From Fidelibacterota bacterium (lineage in GTDB: Bacteria; Fidelibacterota; UBA8477; JABMPR01): 64,000 nt of DNA. Positions 30,094-39,215 of the stretch are shown in pieces. The notes below the pieces were generated by a model. It was not told where the DNA came from. It ran no database searches and saw nothing but the letters and a program-made list of their open reading frames with translations. Position numbers and translations under genes: made by a program. The DNA is taken from assembly GCA_016844955.1 (NCBI GenBank), contig JAERTH010000031.1, positions 16,087 through 80,086 on the forward strand, written 5' to 3'. Each line of letters begins with the position of its first letter. Positions within the stretch are counted from its first letter, which is position 1.

Positions 30094-33000
30094 ATGCGTA
30101 ATAACCGAGGAGATTTCACCGTGAACACCACAAAATTAAAAATTGTATTGCTGCTGCTGATCCCAGGATTCCTGTTTTCCAGGGAACTCACAGCAACATC
30201 CATGGCAAAACTATCTCCTGATCTCCAAGCCCTGGTTGCGGAAATGAGTCCTGAGAATGCTGCATTAACTCAGAATCGTTATTCGAAAGTCCAAACGGTT
30301 TCTTCGACTATGCGGGAAACACTATATCCAGTGACCATTCGTAGTGAGCACATTGAGAGTGTGAAATCAGCAGGTATCAAGACCAACTCAGATTATGAGG
30401 GGTGGTCAACCGCTCGGGTCACATATGATGAATTGTTGACATTGAGTGAACTCAATTCTGTCTCAAGTGTCTTTCAGGGTGATGTGCTTTACCCCTTGAA
30501 TGACCTTGCTGTTAGTCTGTCAGGTGCAGATTTGATCCATGATGCCTACTTAAATGATATTGCCTATGATGGGACGGGGGTCATCATCTTGGTGATTGAC
30601 ACAGGTATTGACTGGTCACATCTGGATTTCAGAGGAGAGGGTGCGGATACTGTAAACAGCCGGATTTTGTATATTTGGGATCAAACAATTACTGCCAATG
30701 AGGACGGTGCCACAGGCGAAGTAACCCCCGATGGGTATGACGGAACTAATTTCGAAGATTTGGATTATGGTGTTCATTACACCCAGGCGCATATAGAAGA
30801 TGAAATTGATGGAATTGCTGCCAACTATGTACGAGAAGAAGATACAAATGGTCATGGAACCATGGTTACAAGCGCTGCTGCAGGAAGTGGTGCCGCATTA
30901 ACGAGTTATAAGTACAAAGGTCTGGCACCCAATGCTGATATAGTTGTAGTGAAAGCCGGCAATGGAACCTTGTCAGATAACAATGTAAAAGATGCGCTGA
31001 CCTACGCTCAGGGTGTTGCAGCAAAAACAAGTAAGCCCGTTGTGGCAAACCTGAGTCTTGGTGGTCAAACCAATGCCCATGATGGCACTTCAACACTGGA
31101 TCAAGCCGTTAATACTTTTACAGGGTCAGGAAATGGACGCGTGGCTGTTGTGGCTGCCGGGAATGCCGGAAACGAAGACATTCATGTAAGTGGATCAGTG
31201 GGGGCCAGTTCCAATAGTGATTTTACGGTTAACGCTACGGTGGGAGGGGCCGGAAGTGATTATTTTGTGTTTGAACTTTGGTGGGATGGGACACCAGATG
31301 TAACGCTTACGGTGATTTCTCCCAATAGTGATACCTATAGTGTGGCCGCTGGCCAAACGGGTACCTCAACTACGGGCGATACAAATGATGGCATAATTTA
31401 TCTGTTCAATAATACAGACTCTAATTTTAGCAACGGTGACCGACGTAGCTATGTGAGAGTTTATGAAGATGGTACTACACCCATGGTTGGGGGCAATTGG
31501 ACGATTCGGGCAACCAATAATACAGGTTCATCTATTGATTATCATGGCTGGTTGTCTGCAAGGTATTATTCAACAACCACAGTTTCCGGAGGCGACTCAG
31601 ACTATACCATTGCCACGCCTGGAACTGCCAGCTCAGCCATTACTGTTGGCGGATACACAGCCCGCTGGCGCTGGCACGCCACAAATGACACTAGTTATGG
31701 GTTTTTAGGAACGGATCTTTCCGATGATATTGCCTATTTTAGTAGTGTCGGCCCTACTCGGGATGGTGCTCAAAAACCTGACATTTGTACACCCGGTCGC
31801 GGAGTCATAGCTGCCACATCTTCAGACTACACACCTTATACTTCCAAAACGATAGCTGCTAATACATATCACTTAAATGAAGGGACCAGTATTGGTGCAG
31901 GCGCGGTATCTGGCGCGGTATCGCTACTACTGGATTACAACCCCAACCTTTCCGCCGCATCTGTTAAATCGCTTCTCACAGATAATGCAGATAGTGATGC
32001 CACATATACAGGATCTGTACCCAATTATTCATGGGGTTATGGCAAACTCAATATTTTTAAATCCATGGCTAAGGCTATCAATAGTGCAGTTACAGTTAAT
32101 CACGATGTTTACTCTTATTTTGGATGGGGTGCAACTGCTGGTGTAAGCTTACCGGTAGGATATTATGCTTCTCAACAATTTTATCCCACTGTAGATGGAG
32201 ATGTGACAGGGGCATTTTTTCATCCGAGTTCAAGCACGGGAACAGCTGATAGTGTATATTTCGAAATTTGGTCCGATAATAGTACCGAACCGGGAGCCAA
32301 GCTGGGTTCCACAGTAAAACTGGCCGTAAGTGATATATCAAAATATAGTTGGAATTACGTTTCCTTGAAGGACACGGGTGTGCCAGTAACAGGGGGGTCT
32401 TACTACCATCTGATGCTTATAAATGAGGCCTCAGGGTCATTTGGAATACACTTCGAGAGTGGCTCCAATAATGGAAAATCGCACTATAGCAGCTCTGGCT
32501 CAAGCTGGACAGGATACTCGAATTGGCGTATGCGCACAGTCGTTTCCACCAACGAAGAAACCCTGGACAGCTCCCTGCCCGTAGAACTGGCCTTCTTCAA
32601 CGCATCAACCTACAAGGGCCACATTGTTCTCAAATGGGCCACGGAAAGCGAAACCGAGAATCAAGGGTTTCGTATCGACCGACGGATAAGCGGCCAGGAT
32701 GAATGGAAGACCATCGCCGATCATGGCAAAAACCCGGAACTGGAAGGCCAGGGCAGCACCACGAGCCGAACCGACTATTCTTTTAAGGACAAGACCGCCA
32801 AGCCGGGGGTGAAATACGACTACAGGCTAAGCGATATTCCCTATGCTGCAGCCTATAAAGCCAATCCCATCATTCTTGAAGATGTTCAACTTCTGATTGA
32901 GAAATTTGTATTGTATGACAACTATCCCAATCCTTTTAATCCCTCCACACAGATCGCTTATCAAATGCCACAAACTGGCGATGTCAGTATTAGGATCACT

Positions 33001-33177
33001 GATATAAAGGGACGGGAAGTTCAATCCTGGACCCTCAACGACCAGGCAGCCGGCTATCATGAAGCACGCTGGGGTGGTTTAAATAATCAAGGTGCACCAG
33101 TCAGCGCCGGTGTGTATCTGTTAACGGTTCAAGCTGGAAATGTTACTCAAAGCAGGAAGATGTTGCTGCTAAAATAA
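30094..33177 (+). CDS. large S8 subtilisin-family peptidase with T9SS C-terminal sorting domain
   Basis: Start chosen at MRNNRG...KLKIVLLLLIPGFLFS (signal). The provided ORF begins 49 codons earlier with no signal peptide. D (VIDTGIDWSH), H (TNGHGTMV) and S (GTSIGAGAVSGAV). C-terminal NYPNPFNPSTQIAY...GVYLLTVQ. Confidence 0.8.
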   Translation: MRNNRGDFTVNTTKLKIVLLLLIPGFLFSRELTATSMAKLSPDLQALVAEMSPENAALTQNRYSKVQTVSSTMRETLYPVTIRSEHIESVKSAGIKTNSDYEGWSTARVTYDELLTLSELNSVSSVFQGDVLYPLNDLAVSLSGADLIHDAYLNDIAYDGTGVIILVIDTGIDWSHLDFRGEGADTVNSRILYIWDQTITANEDGATGEVTPDGYDGTNFEDLDYGVHYTQAHIEDEIDGIAANYVREEDTNGHGTMVTSAAAGSGAALTSYKYKGLAPNADIVVVKAGNGTLSDNNVKDALTYAQGVAAKTSKPVVANLSLGGQTNAHDGTSTLDQAVNTFTGSGNGRVAVVAAGNAGNEDIHVSGSVGASSNSDFTVNATVGGAGSDYFVFELWWDGTPDVTLTVISPNSDTYSVAAGQTGTSTTGDTNDGIIYLFNNTDSNFSNGDRRSYVRVYEDGTTPMVGGNWTIRATNNTGSSIDYHGWLSARYYSTTTVSGGDSDYTIATPGTASSAITVGGYTARWRWHATNDTSYGFLGTDLSDDIAYFSSVGPTRDGAQKPDICTPGRGVIAATSSDYTPYTSKTIAANTYHLNEGTSIGAGAVSGAVSLLLDYNPNLSAASVKSLLTDNADSDATYTGSVPNYSWGYGKLNIFKSMAKAINSAVTVNHDVYSYFGWGATAGVSLPVGYYASQQFYPTVDGDVTGAFFHPSSSTGTADSVYFEIWSDNSTEPGAKLGSTVKLAVSDISKYSWNYVSLKDTGVPVTGGSYYHLMLINEASGSFGIHFESGSNNGKSHYSSSGSSWTGYSNWRMRTVVSTNEETLDSSLPVELAFFNASTYKGHIVLKWATESETENQGFRIDRRISGQDEWKTIADHGKNPELEGQGSTTSRTDYSFKDKTAKPGVKYDYRLSDIPYAAAYKANPIILEDVQLLIEKFVLYDNYPNPFNPSTQIAYQMPQTGDVSIRITDIKGREVQSWTLNDQAAGYHEARWGGLNNQGAPVSAGVYLLTVQAGNVTQSRKMLLLK

Positions 33178-33199
33178 TAATGGGTGAATGATATGTTCT

Positions 33200-33223
33200 A
33201 GGCGGGGATTCCAATCCCCGCCT
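33200..33223. terminator. perfect GC-rich palindrome aggcggggatt-cc-aatccccgcct between convergent genes
   Basis: 11-bp stem. No strong U-tract. Confidence 0.4.
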
Positions 33224-33246
33224 GGTGAAATAAAAATCTCTTTTAA

Positions 33247-33287
33247 GGTTCAAGATTCTTCATGTCGCGCTGCTCATTCAGAATGAC
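33247..33287. repeat. solo type-1 R-arm (GGTTCAAGATTCTTCATG...CTCATTCAGAATGAC)
   Basis: Reverse-complement match to the L-arms at 14149 and 19544. Confidence 0.7.
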
Positions 33288-33290
33288 GTG

Positions 33291-34673
33291 TTATTCCAAT
33301 GGCTTTAAGCGGGCCGTGAAGTGACGCAATACCGCTGCCTGGTATTCGATTTCATAACCTTTGATACTTTCCCTGTCCTCATATAGCTCAATGATGTTTT
33401 CAGCCACATACTGCATCTGACTGTTGGTATAGACACGTCGTGGTATGGCCAGTCTGACCAATTCCAGATCCGGATAGCGCGTTTCACCAGTAGCGGGATC
33501 CTCTGCAGCAAACATGAGACTGCCGATTTCTACGGCCCTGATACCAGCATGAGTATACATGGCTACTGTCAGCGCGATTCCTGGAAATCTGGACTGGGGA
33601 ACATGGGGCAGGAAATTTTTTGCATCGAGATAAACCGCATGACCACCAGTAGGTCTGAGAATGGGCACACCAGCCTCGATCAATCTGTCACCCAATTCTT
33701 CAACCTGTGAAATGCGATAGGCCAGATAATCCTCCTGAAGCACCTCTTCCAGACCCCGGGCAATAGCCTCGAGATCACGACCCGCCAAACCACCATATGT
33801 TGGGAATCCTTCAATTAAAATAAGTCGATTGGTAATCTGCTGAGCCAGCTCATCATCATTGGTGGCAAAGAATCCACCCATATTGACCAGGGCGTCCTTT
33901 TTGGCACTCATGGTACAACCATCGGCGTAGGAAAACATCTCATTGGCGATTTCCAGGATGCTCTTCTCCTGGTAACCAGGTTCGCGCAGCTTGATAAAAT
34001 AGGCGTTTTCTGCAAAGCGACACGCGTCAATGTAAAAGGGGATGTTATGTTGACGCAGTAACTCAGAGGTACCACGGATATTGGCCATGGAAACCGGTTG
34101 TCCGCCACCCGAGTTATTGGTAATGGTGAGCATCCCGATTGGAATCCGCTCTGGTCCAACCTCATCAATAAGTTTGGCCAGTTTATCCAGATCAATATTG
34201 CCCTTGAAATCGTCAATAATCTGAGTGTCCTTGGCAATATCAACCACCAGATCTGATGCCTGACCACCATTGTATTCCACATTGGCCCGGGTGGTATCAA
34301 AATGATTATTATTGGGGATAATCTGGTTGGGGCGATCCTTGAGAATGGTTGAGAATAATAGATTCTCGGCCACCCGACCCTGATGGGTGGGGATCACATG
34401 TTTGAAGCCGAAAATCTTGTTGATCATCTGCTCGAAATGGAAATAATTCTTACTGCCCGCGTATGATTCATCCCCTTTCATCATGCCTGCCCATTGGTTG
34501 TCGCTCATGGCACTGGTACCACTATCCGTAAGCAGGTCGATATAAATTTTGTCAGCGGGAATATTAAAAACATTGTATCCTGCGTCCTGGATTACGGCCA
34601 GTCGTTCCCAGTCTGTTGTCCTGGCAATGGGCTCAACCGTTTTAATTCTAAATGGTTCTGGTGGATATTTCAT
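33291..34673 (-). CDS. tryptophanase / tyrosine phenol-lyase family (PLP-dependent beta-eliminating lyase)
   Basis: N-terminal PEPFRIKTVEPI...TDWERL..AGYNVFNIPADKIYIDLLTDSGT...MMKGDESYAGS is nearly diagnostic for TnaA/Tpl. Confidence 0.85.
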   Translation of the reverse strand: MKYPPEPFRIKTVEPIARTTDWERLAVIQDAGYNVFNIPADKIYIDLLTDSGTSAMSDNQWAGMMKGDESYAGSKNYFHFEQMINKIFGFKHVIPTHQGRVAENLLFSTILKDRPNQIIPNNNHFDTTRANVEYNGGQASDLVVDIAKDTQIIDDFKGNIDLDKLAKLIDEVGPERIPIGMLTITNNSGGGQPVSMANIRGTSELLRQHNIPFYIDACRFAENAYFIKLREPGYQEKSILEIANEMFSYADGCTMSAKKDALVNMGGFFATNDDELAQQITNRLILIEGFPTYGGLAGRDLEAIARGLEEVLQEDYLAYRISQVEELGDRLIEAGVPILRPTGGHAVYLDAKNFLPHVPQSRFPGIALTVAMYTHAGIRAVEIGSLMFAAEDPATGETRYPDLELVRLAIPRRVYTNSQMQYVAENIIELYEDRESIKGYEIEYQAAVLRHFTARLKPLE

Positions 34674-34701
34674 GGTATTTCCCTATTGATTACGCCTGTA
34701 A

Positions 34702-35412
34702 TTAGAGCCTGAATTGGATGGGTAAAACCAGTTGGAAAGGTACTGGTTTATCGCGGTATTTTGCAGGAACCCAGGATGTTTTCTTAATAGCCGCCAGTGC
34801 CGCTTCATCTAAATCCGGATAGCTTGATACGAGTAAATGAATATCTGTTATAGAGCCATCGGGTTTGACTATAAGCGTGTAGTAACTGGTTCCTGAGCGG
34901 TTCATGCTTCTGGCCATCTCAGGATACTCCAGATTGTGATAAAGGCGTTGAAAGCCGCCAATTGGCTCTGGTGTTGAGTCCAGGAGACGGTATCCCCGGG
35001 TTGTAAATTTTTCAGGAAATTCCGGATAGTTGGATTGCCAGACTTTGAAAGTATCTGAATAGGTGCTGGCCAAAGCTTCATTGGCTTCGAATTTGAGCTG
35101 AGCCTGTTCATATATCCAACCCGCGCTATCAATAATTTCCATGCGTTGGTAGCATTCCACCAGGAAGGGATATGCCTCAGGGAATTGCATATTCTGGTCC
35201 AAACTCAGAACCAACTCCAGGTCTTCTTTGGCCTGGGGTAGCTTGTCTGCCTGTTTGTAAAAAATCACCTGAGCGGCCCTGAAAAAGTAATAGGATGTCT
35301 CTGGAGCTTCTGGTTCAGGGATATCTACTCCAGCCAGTGGATTGGTCGCCATACAATTCGTCAGGATAAGGGTGATTATCAGAACTGAAAGCATGTGAAG
35401 TTTTCGGGTCAT
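34702..35412 (-). CDS. lipoprotein with TonB C-terminal-like domain
   Basis: Lipobox LTNC. C-terminal YPEMARSMNRSGTSYYTLIVKPDGSITDIHLL...DKPVPFQLVLPIQFRL parallels the TonB-C of the proteins at 46879 and 47911. Confidence 0.55.
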   Translation of the reverse strand: MTRKLHMLSVLIITLILTNCMATNPLAGVDIPEPEAPETSYYFFRAAQVIFYKQADKLPQAKEDLELVLSLDQNMQFPEAYPFLVECYQRMEIIDSAGWIYEQAQLKFEANEALASTYSDTFKVWQSNYPEFPEKFTTRGYRLLDSTPEPIGGFQRLYHNLEYPEMARSMNRSGTSYYTLIVKPDGSITDIHLLVSSYPDLDEAALAAIKKTSWVPAKYRDKPVPFQLVLPIQFRL

Positions 35413-36290
35413 GATTTTGAGTCCTTTTGTTCTAGTGTCATCTGGAAAAAATCGTGAAGCTTTTCCCAGAATCCAGGTTCATGGTGACAGTTGGAGTGTG
35501 CCCGTCCAGGTATATCCCAGAGTTGGGAATTTCCATCACGGGCCGCCTTATGCAATTTGCTCGCCTGAAGCGGTAAAACCACTTTATCCTCATCTCCGTG
35601 TATGATAAAGAAGGATGCATCAGACTTTGCAATGGTATTTACAGGAGCAAAGGCTTCGTATGAAATACCGATTCGCCGTTCAATTTGTTTAAGAATTATC
35701 CAGATAAGCACCGAAGGGACATGATGGTTTTTAAATTCGCGGGTCATGATATCAACAGGATGTGCCGGGGCTCCAACAGTTGCTACCGCTTTAATATGGG
35801 GCTCTAAGGAAGCCGCATACACGGCACCTGCGCCACCAATGGATAAGCCGACCACACCAATTTTAGCTGTATCAATATTTCGAGAGCTGACATACTGGAC
35901 TGCTGCCCGAATATCCCGACCAAATTTATACATGGAAGCATGATCATCAGCATCGCTGGAACCATGGTGTCTTGCATCGAAAGCGAGGAGGTTATAATTC
36001 AAAGGAAAGAGGTGTTGAATGTAGCGTAGCATACGACCCAGATTTCGGCTCCACCCATGAACCAACACCAATGTTGAAGCTTTTTCAGATGCGCGTTGGG
36101 CAGGTATCCACCACCCATAAAGTTGTCGATTATTATCAGTGGGGAAGCGAACTTCCTCAAATTCCAGTCCAAACTTATCAGGAGTTTCCGCATGAGGGGT
36201 TTGTTTCAAAGCCCACATTTTTTGGGTTATAAACTTTGTAATAAGAAAGAGCAGTAGCAGGCCAAATAATATCCAGTAGAAGGTTGTCAT
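35409..36290 (-). CDS. membrane-anchored alpha/beta hydrolase (dienelactone hydrolase / S9-like)
   Basis: N-terminal TM helix. Nucleophile elbow GLSIGG. Asp and His in the C-terminal half (IHGDED..., GRAHS). Confidence 0.7.
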   Translation of the reverse strand: MTTFYWILFGLLLLFLITKFITQKMWALKQTPHAETPDKFGLEFEEVRFPTDNNRQLYGWWIPAQRASEKASTLVLVHGWSRNLGRMLRYIQHLFPLNYNLLAFDARHHGSSDADDHASMYKFGRDIRAAVQYVSSRNIDTAKIGVVGLSIGGAGAVYAASLEPHIKAVATVGAPAHPVDIMTREFKNHHVPSVLIWIILKQIERRIGISYEAFAPVNTIAKSDASFFIIHGDEDKVVLPLQASKLHKAARDGNSQLWDIPGRAHSNCHHEPGFWEKLHDFFQMTLEQKDSKS

Positions 36291-36404
36291 GAGGCCTTCA
36301 AGCTATGCTTAAACACAGGCAAAAGCCAGCTTAGCATACCATATGTTTTGCGAGAGAGCGCAAAAAAGGGGTGTTTTATATGGAAACAAAAATCATTTTA
36401 AGGC

Positions 36405-37322
36405 ATGTATAAGAAGGTCATGTCTAAACATTATATAATAACAGTTCTGATGACGCTGCTGCTGGTGACCGCCGTCTTTCCTGAAACACCTTCTCATCAG
36501 CTACTCACCTATCCCTTCAGTAATAGATCGGCAGCTATGGGTGGGAGCAGAGCGGTTGATGCGTCTGGAAATATTGATATTCAGGGCAATCCAGCGAGCG
36601 CTAGTTTTGTTGAGCATATGCAAGGTCAGGTGAGCTTCGTTGACCATCTAGTAGGAATTAAAGGCTATACTGCCGCTGGTATCATACCAATGCAGCGACA
36701 TCGCATTATAGGTGAGATGATTTACTTTGATTACGGTTCGTTTGACAAAACCGATGTCCTTGGGTCCAATCAAGGTAACTTTGGGTATCATGAGTTGGCC
36801 ACCTCAATGGGGTATGCATTCACGTTTTCTGAGATGGTTCGATTAGGTGGTAGGGTAGGTCGTTATCAGCGTGTGGCCGATGGAACTTCTATGGGAGATT
36901 TCTACTATGACTTGGGGGCAGTTTATCACAAACCCCTAGATTCACTAACTGTCGGAGTGTATCTGGCTTCCGATGCCATAGGCGAACCGGAAGAATCTTT
37001 CCCAACCCAATTGCATGTCGGGACATCCAAAATTTTATCTCATTTGCCCCTGCGACTCAACCTAGAGGGAATCTACGGTTTTAACGATCTTGTCAGGTTT
37101 TCTCTTGGAGCAGAAGTCCTGCTACATACCAGTTTCAAGGTTCGTCTGGGAGTAAGCTCTAACCGATTTGATCTGCAAACTGGTGTGACAGAATCTGACT
37201 TTATTGCAGGAACTTCCGCGGGCTTCGCTATAGATTGGCAGGGTATGCTCATTGAATCAGCAACCCAGAGTTTTGGGGCAGCTGGTTGGGTTAGTCAACT
37301 CTCTCTCGCCTATAGATTGTAA
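36405..37322 (+). CDS. hypothetical outer-membrane beta-barrel protein
   Basis: Signal peptide and beta-strand-like alternation. The N-terminal segment AAMGGSRAV...GNPAS is reminiscent of FadL/PorV-type barrels. The family assignment is uncertain. Confidence 0.4.
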   Translation: MYKKVMSKHYIITVLMTLLLVTAVFPETPSHQLLTYPFSNRSAAMGGSRAVDASGNIDIQGNPASASFVEHMQGQVSFVDHLVGIKGYTAAGIIPMQRHRIIGEMIYFDYGSFDKTDVLGSNQGNFGYHELATSMGYAFTFSEMVRLGGRVGRYQRVADGTSMGDFYYDLGAVYHKPLDSLTVGVYLASDAIGEPEESFPTQLHVGTSKILSHLPLRLNLEGIYGFNDLVRFSLGAEVLLHTSFKVRLGVSSNRFDLQTGVTESDFIAGTSAGFAIDWQGMLIESATQSFGAAGWVSQLSLAYRL

Positions 37323-37521
37323 GGATATTTCACTTCCCACAGGTAGATGTCTCTGTACCTGGAGCAGCCAAAAATCAACAAAAATCCTGGGCAAAAAATC
37401 ACGATTAAAAGCTCATGCTTTCCCTGGCATTTTGGTTATAATACAAATCTAGATTGGAATATGTGTGTGGTGGGTCACCCATGCTATTGAACCGAAAGGT
37501 TAGATTACAGACCACAGGGTT

Positions 37522-39129
37522 ATGATGAAATTGTTGTATAAGAACATATTAAGCTCCTTTCTGATCCTCACGCTGGGGTATAGCGGGAGTGCAGGTATGG
37601 TTGAAAACAACTTGCTGATTCGCTTCGATGAGGGGCTTTCCAGAGATGATATTGAGTTGATTATCATGGATGAACCCCTGGAATTAGTAGAGCTGCTCAG
37701 CCGGCCTCTGAATATTTGGCTGCTCCGGGTTGACCTGAGCAAGAACCAACTCAATCGCGTTCAAAGTAATGTGGCGAACATTCCTGAAATTCACTATGCC
37801 CAGTATGATCATTATGTAAATCTCCGCGTGGATCCTGACGATCCAGTGTATCCACAGCAATGGAATTTCCATAATTCGGGAATAAATGTAAACGGTGATT
37901 CTACGGGTGTTGAGGATGCAGATATTGATGCTCCCGAAGCCTGGGAAATTACAACTGGTGGTCATACTGTTTTGGGGCGTGAAATAGTCGCAGGCGTTGT
38001 CGATGGGGGCTGTGATACGGCCCATACGGATCTACTGGATAACTTATGGTACAACTCTGCGGATACTGCTGGAAACGGAATTGATGATGATGGAAACGGA
38101 TACATCGATGATTATCGTGGCTGGAACGCCTATAATCAGACCGGCGTGTTTCCCCGACCAAGTAGAGATTCCAATCATGGAACCCACGTGGCAGGTATAA
38201 TTGGGGCTCAATCAAATAATAGTAATCAGGTCGCTGGTGTTAACTGGGACGTAAAGCTCATGCTCGTAGCGGGAGCCAGCAATTATACCTCAACGGTGGT
38301 CAGGGCCTACACCTACATTCTCGAACAAAAGCTTGATTGGATTGAATCGGGTGGCACCAGGGGCGCTTTTGTTGTTGCGATAAATTCCAGCTTCGGAATT
38401 GATGAAGCTGATTGCGAATCCGGCAATTACCCACTCTGGAATGATATGTTTGACGCCCTGGGTGAAGCTGGAATTCTTTCAATAGGGGCCACCGCAAATC
38501 GTAGCCTCAATGTGGATGTTCAGGGAGATGTGCCAACCAGCTGCTCCAGTCCTTATTTGATCACGGTAACCAACACCACCAAGTGGGACTTGCGAGCCTC
38601 CTCTGGTTATGGTGCAGAATCCATTGATCTTGGAGCACCGGGAACATCAGTTATCTCAACGACTATCAATCAAAATAATATTACCGAATTTGAGCATTTG
38701 ACCGGGTATAAATCTGGGACATCCATGGCAGCTCCCCATGTTACCGGAGCAGTAGCCCTCATGCATGCAGCAGCCAATACCGAGTTGGCCCAATATTACG
38801 AGAATTATCCTGCACAGGGTGCACAGATTTTCAAATCCATGATCCTCTCCACAGTAGATACGCTGGCAGCACTTCAGGATGTTACAGTGACCAATGGCCG
38901 ATTAAACCTTCATGGCGCAGTCCTGGAGGCAGCCAACTGGCAGGCCACAGGTGATGGCAATATGAATGGCGATGATTTTGTAAATATCCAGGATGTTGTC
39001 ATTTTGGTAAACCTGATTCTTGGAACTATTGAAGCAACGCCAGAGCTGCTCATTGCAGGTGACCTAAACTATGATGCCAGTGTTTCGGTTCAGGACTTGA
39101 TATTTTTGGCCAATGTCATCCTGCATTAA
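37522..39129 (+). CDS. S8 subtilisin-family peptidase with C-terminal dockerin-like domain
   Basis: D (VVDGGCDTAHTDL), H (NHGTHVAGIIG) and S (GTSMAAPHVTGAVALM). The C-terminus holds two Ca-binding dockerin-type repeats (DGNMNGDDFVNIQDVVILVNLIL and GDLNYDASVSVQDLIFLANVIL). Confidence 0.8.
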   Translation: MMKLLYKNILSSFLILTLGYSGSAGMVENNLLIRFDEGLSRDDIELIIMDEPLELVELLSRPLNIWLLRVDLSKNQLNRVQSNVANIPEIHYAQYDHYVNLRVDPDDPVYPQQWNFHNSGINVNGDSTGVEDADIDAPEAWEITTGGHTVLGREIVAGVVDGGCDTAHTDLLDNLWYNSADTAGNGIDDDGNGYIDDYRGWNAYNQTGVFPRPSRDSNHGTHVAGIIGAQSNNSNQVAGVNWDVKLMLVAGASNYTSTVVRAYTYILEQKLDWIESGGTRGAFVVAINSSFGIDEADCESGNYPLWNDMFDALGEAGILSIGATANRSLNVDVQGDVPTSCSSPYLITVTNTTKWDLRASSGYGAESIDLGAPGTSVISTTINQNNITEFEHLTGYKSGTSMAAPHVTGAVALMHAAANTELAQYYENYPAQGAQIFKSMILSTVDTLAALQDVTVTNGRLNLHGAVLEAANWQATGDGNMNGDDFVNIQDVVILVNLILGTIEATPELLIAGDLNYDASVSVQDLIFLANVILH

Positions 39130-39164
39130 CCCTCCGAAATACCACCAACAGAAATTTTTGTAAT

Positions 39165-39197
39165 AAAAAAGCCCATCGGAAACCGATGGGCTTTTTA
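39165..39197. terminator. bidirectional rho-independent terminator (aaaaaagcccatcgg-aaa-ccgatgggcttttt)
   Basis: Perfect 11-bp stem flanked by A6 and T5, located between convergent genes. Confidence 0.75.
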
Positions 39198-39215
39198 TCC
39201 TGTTTGGATGTAGGA

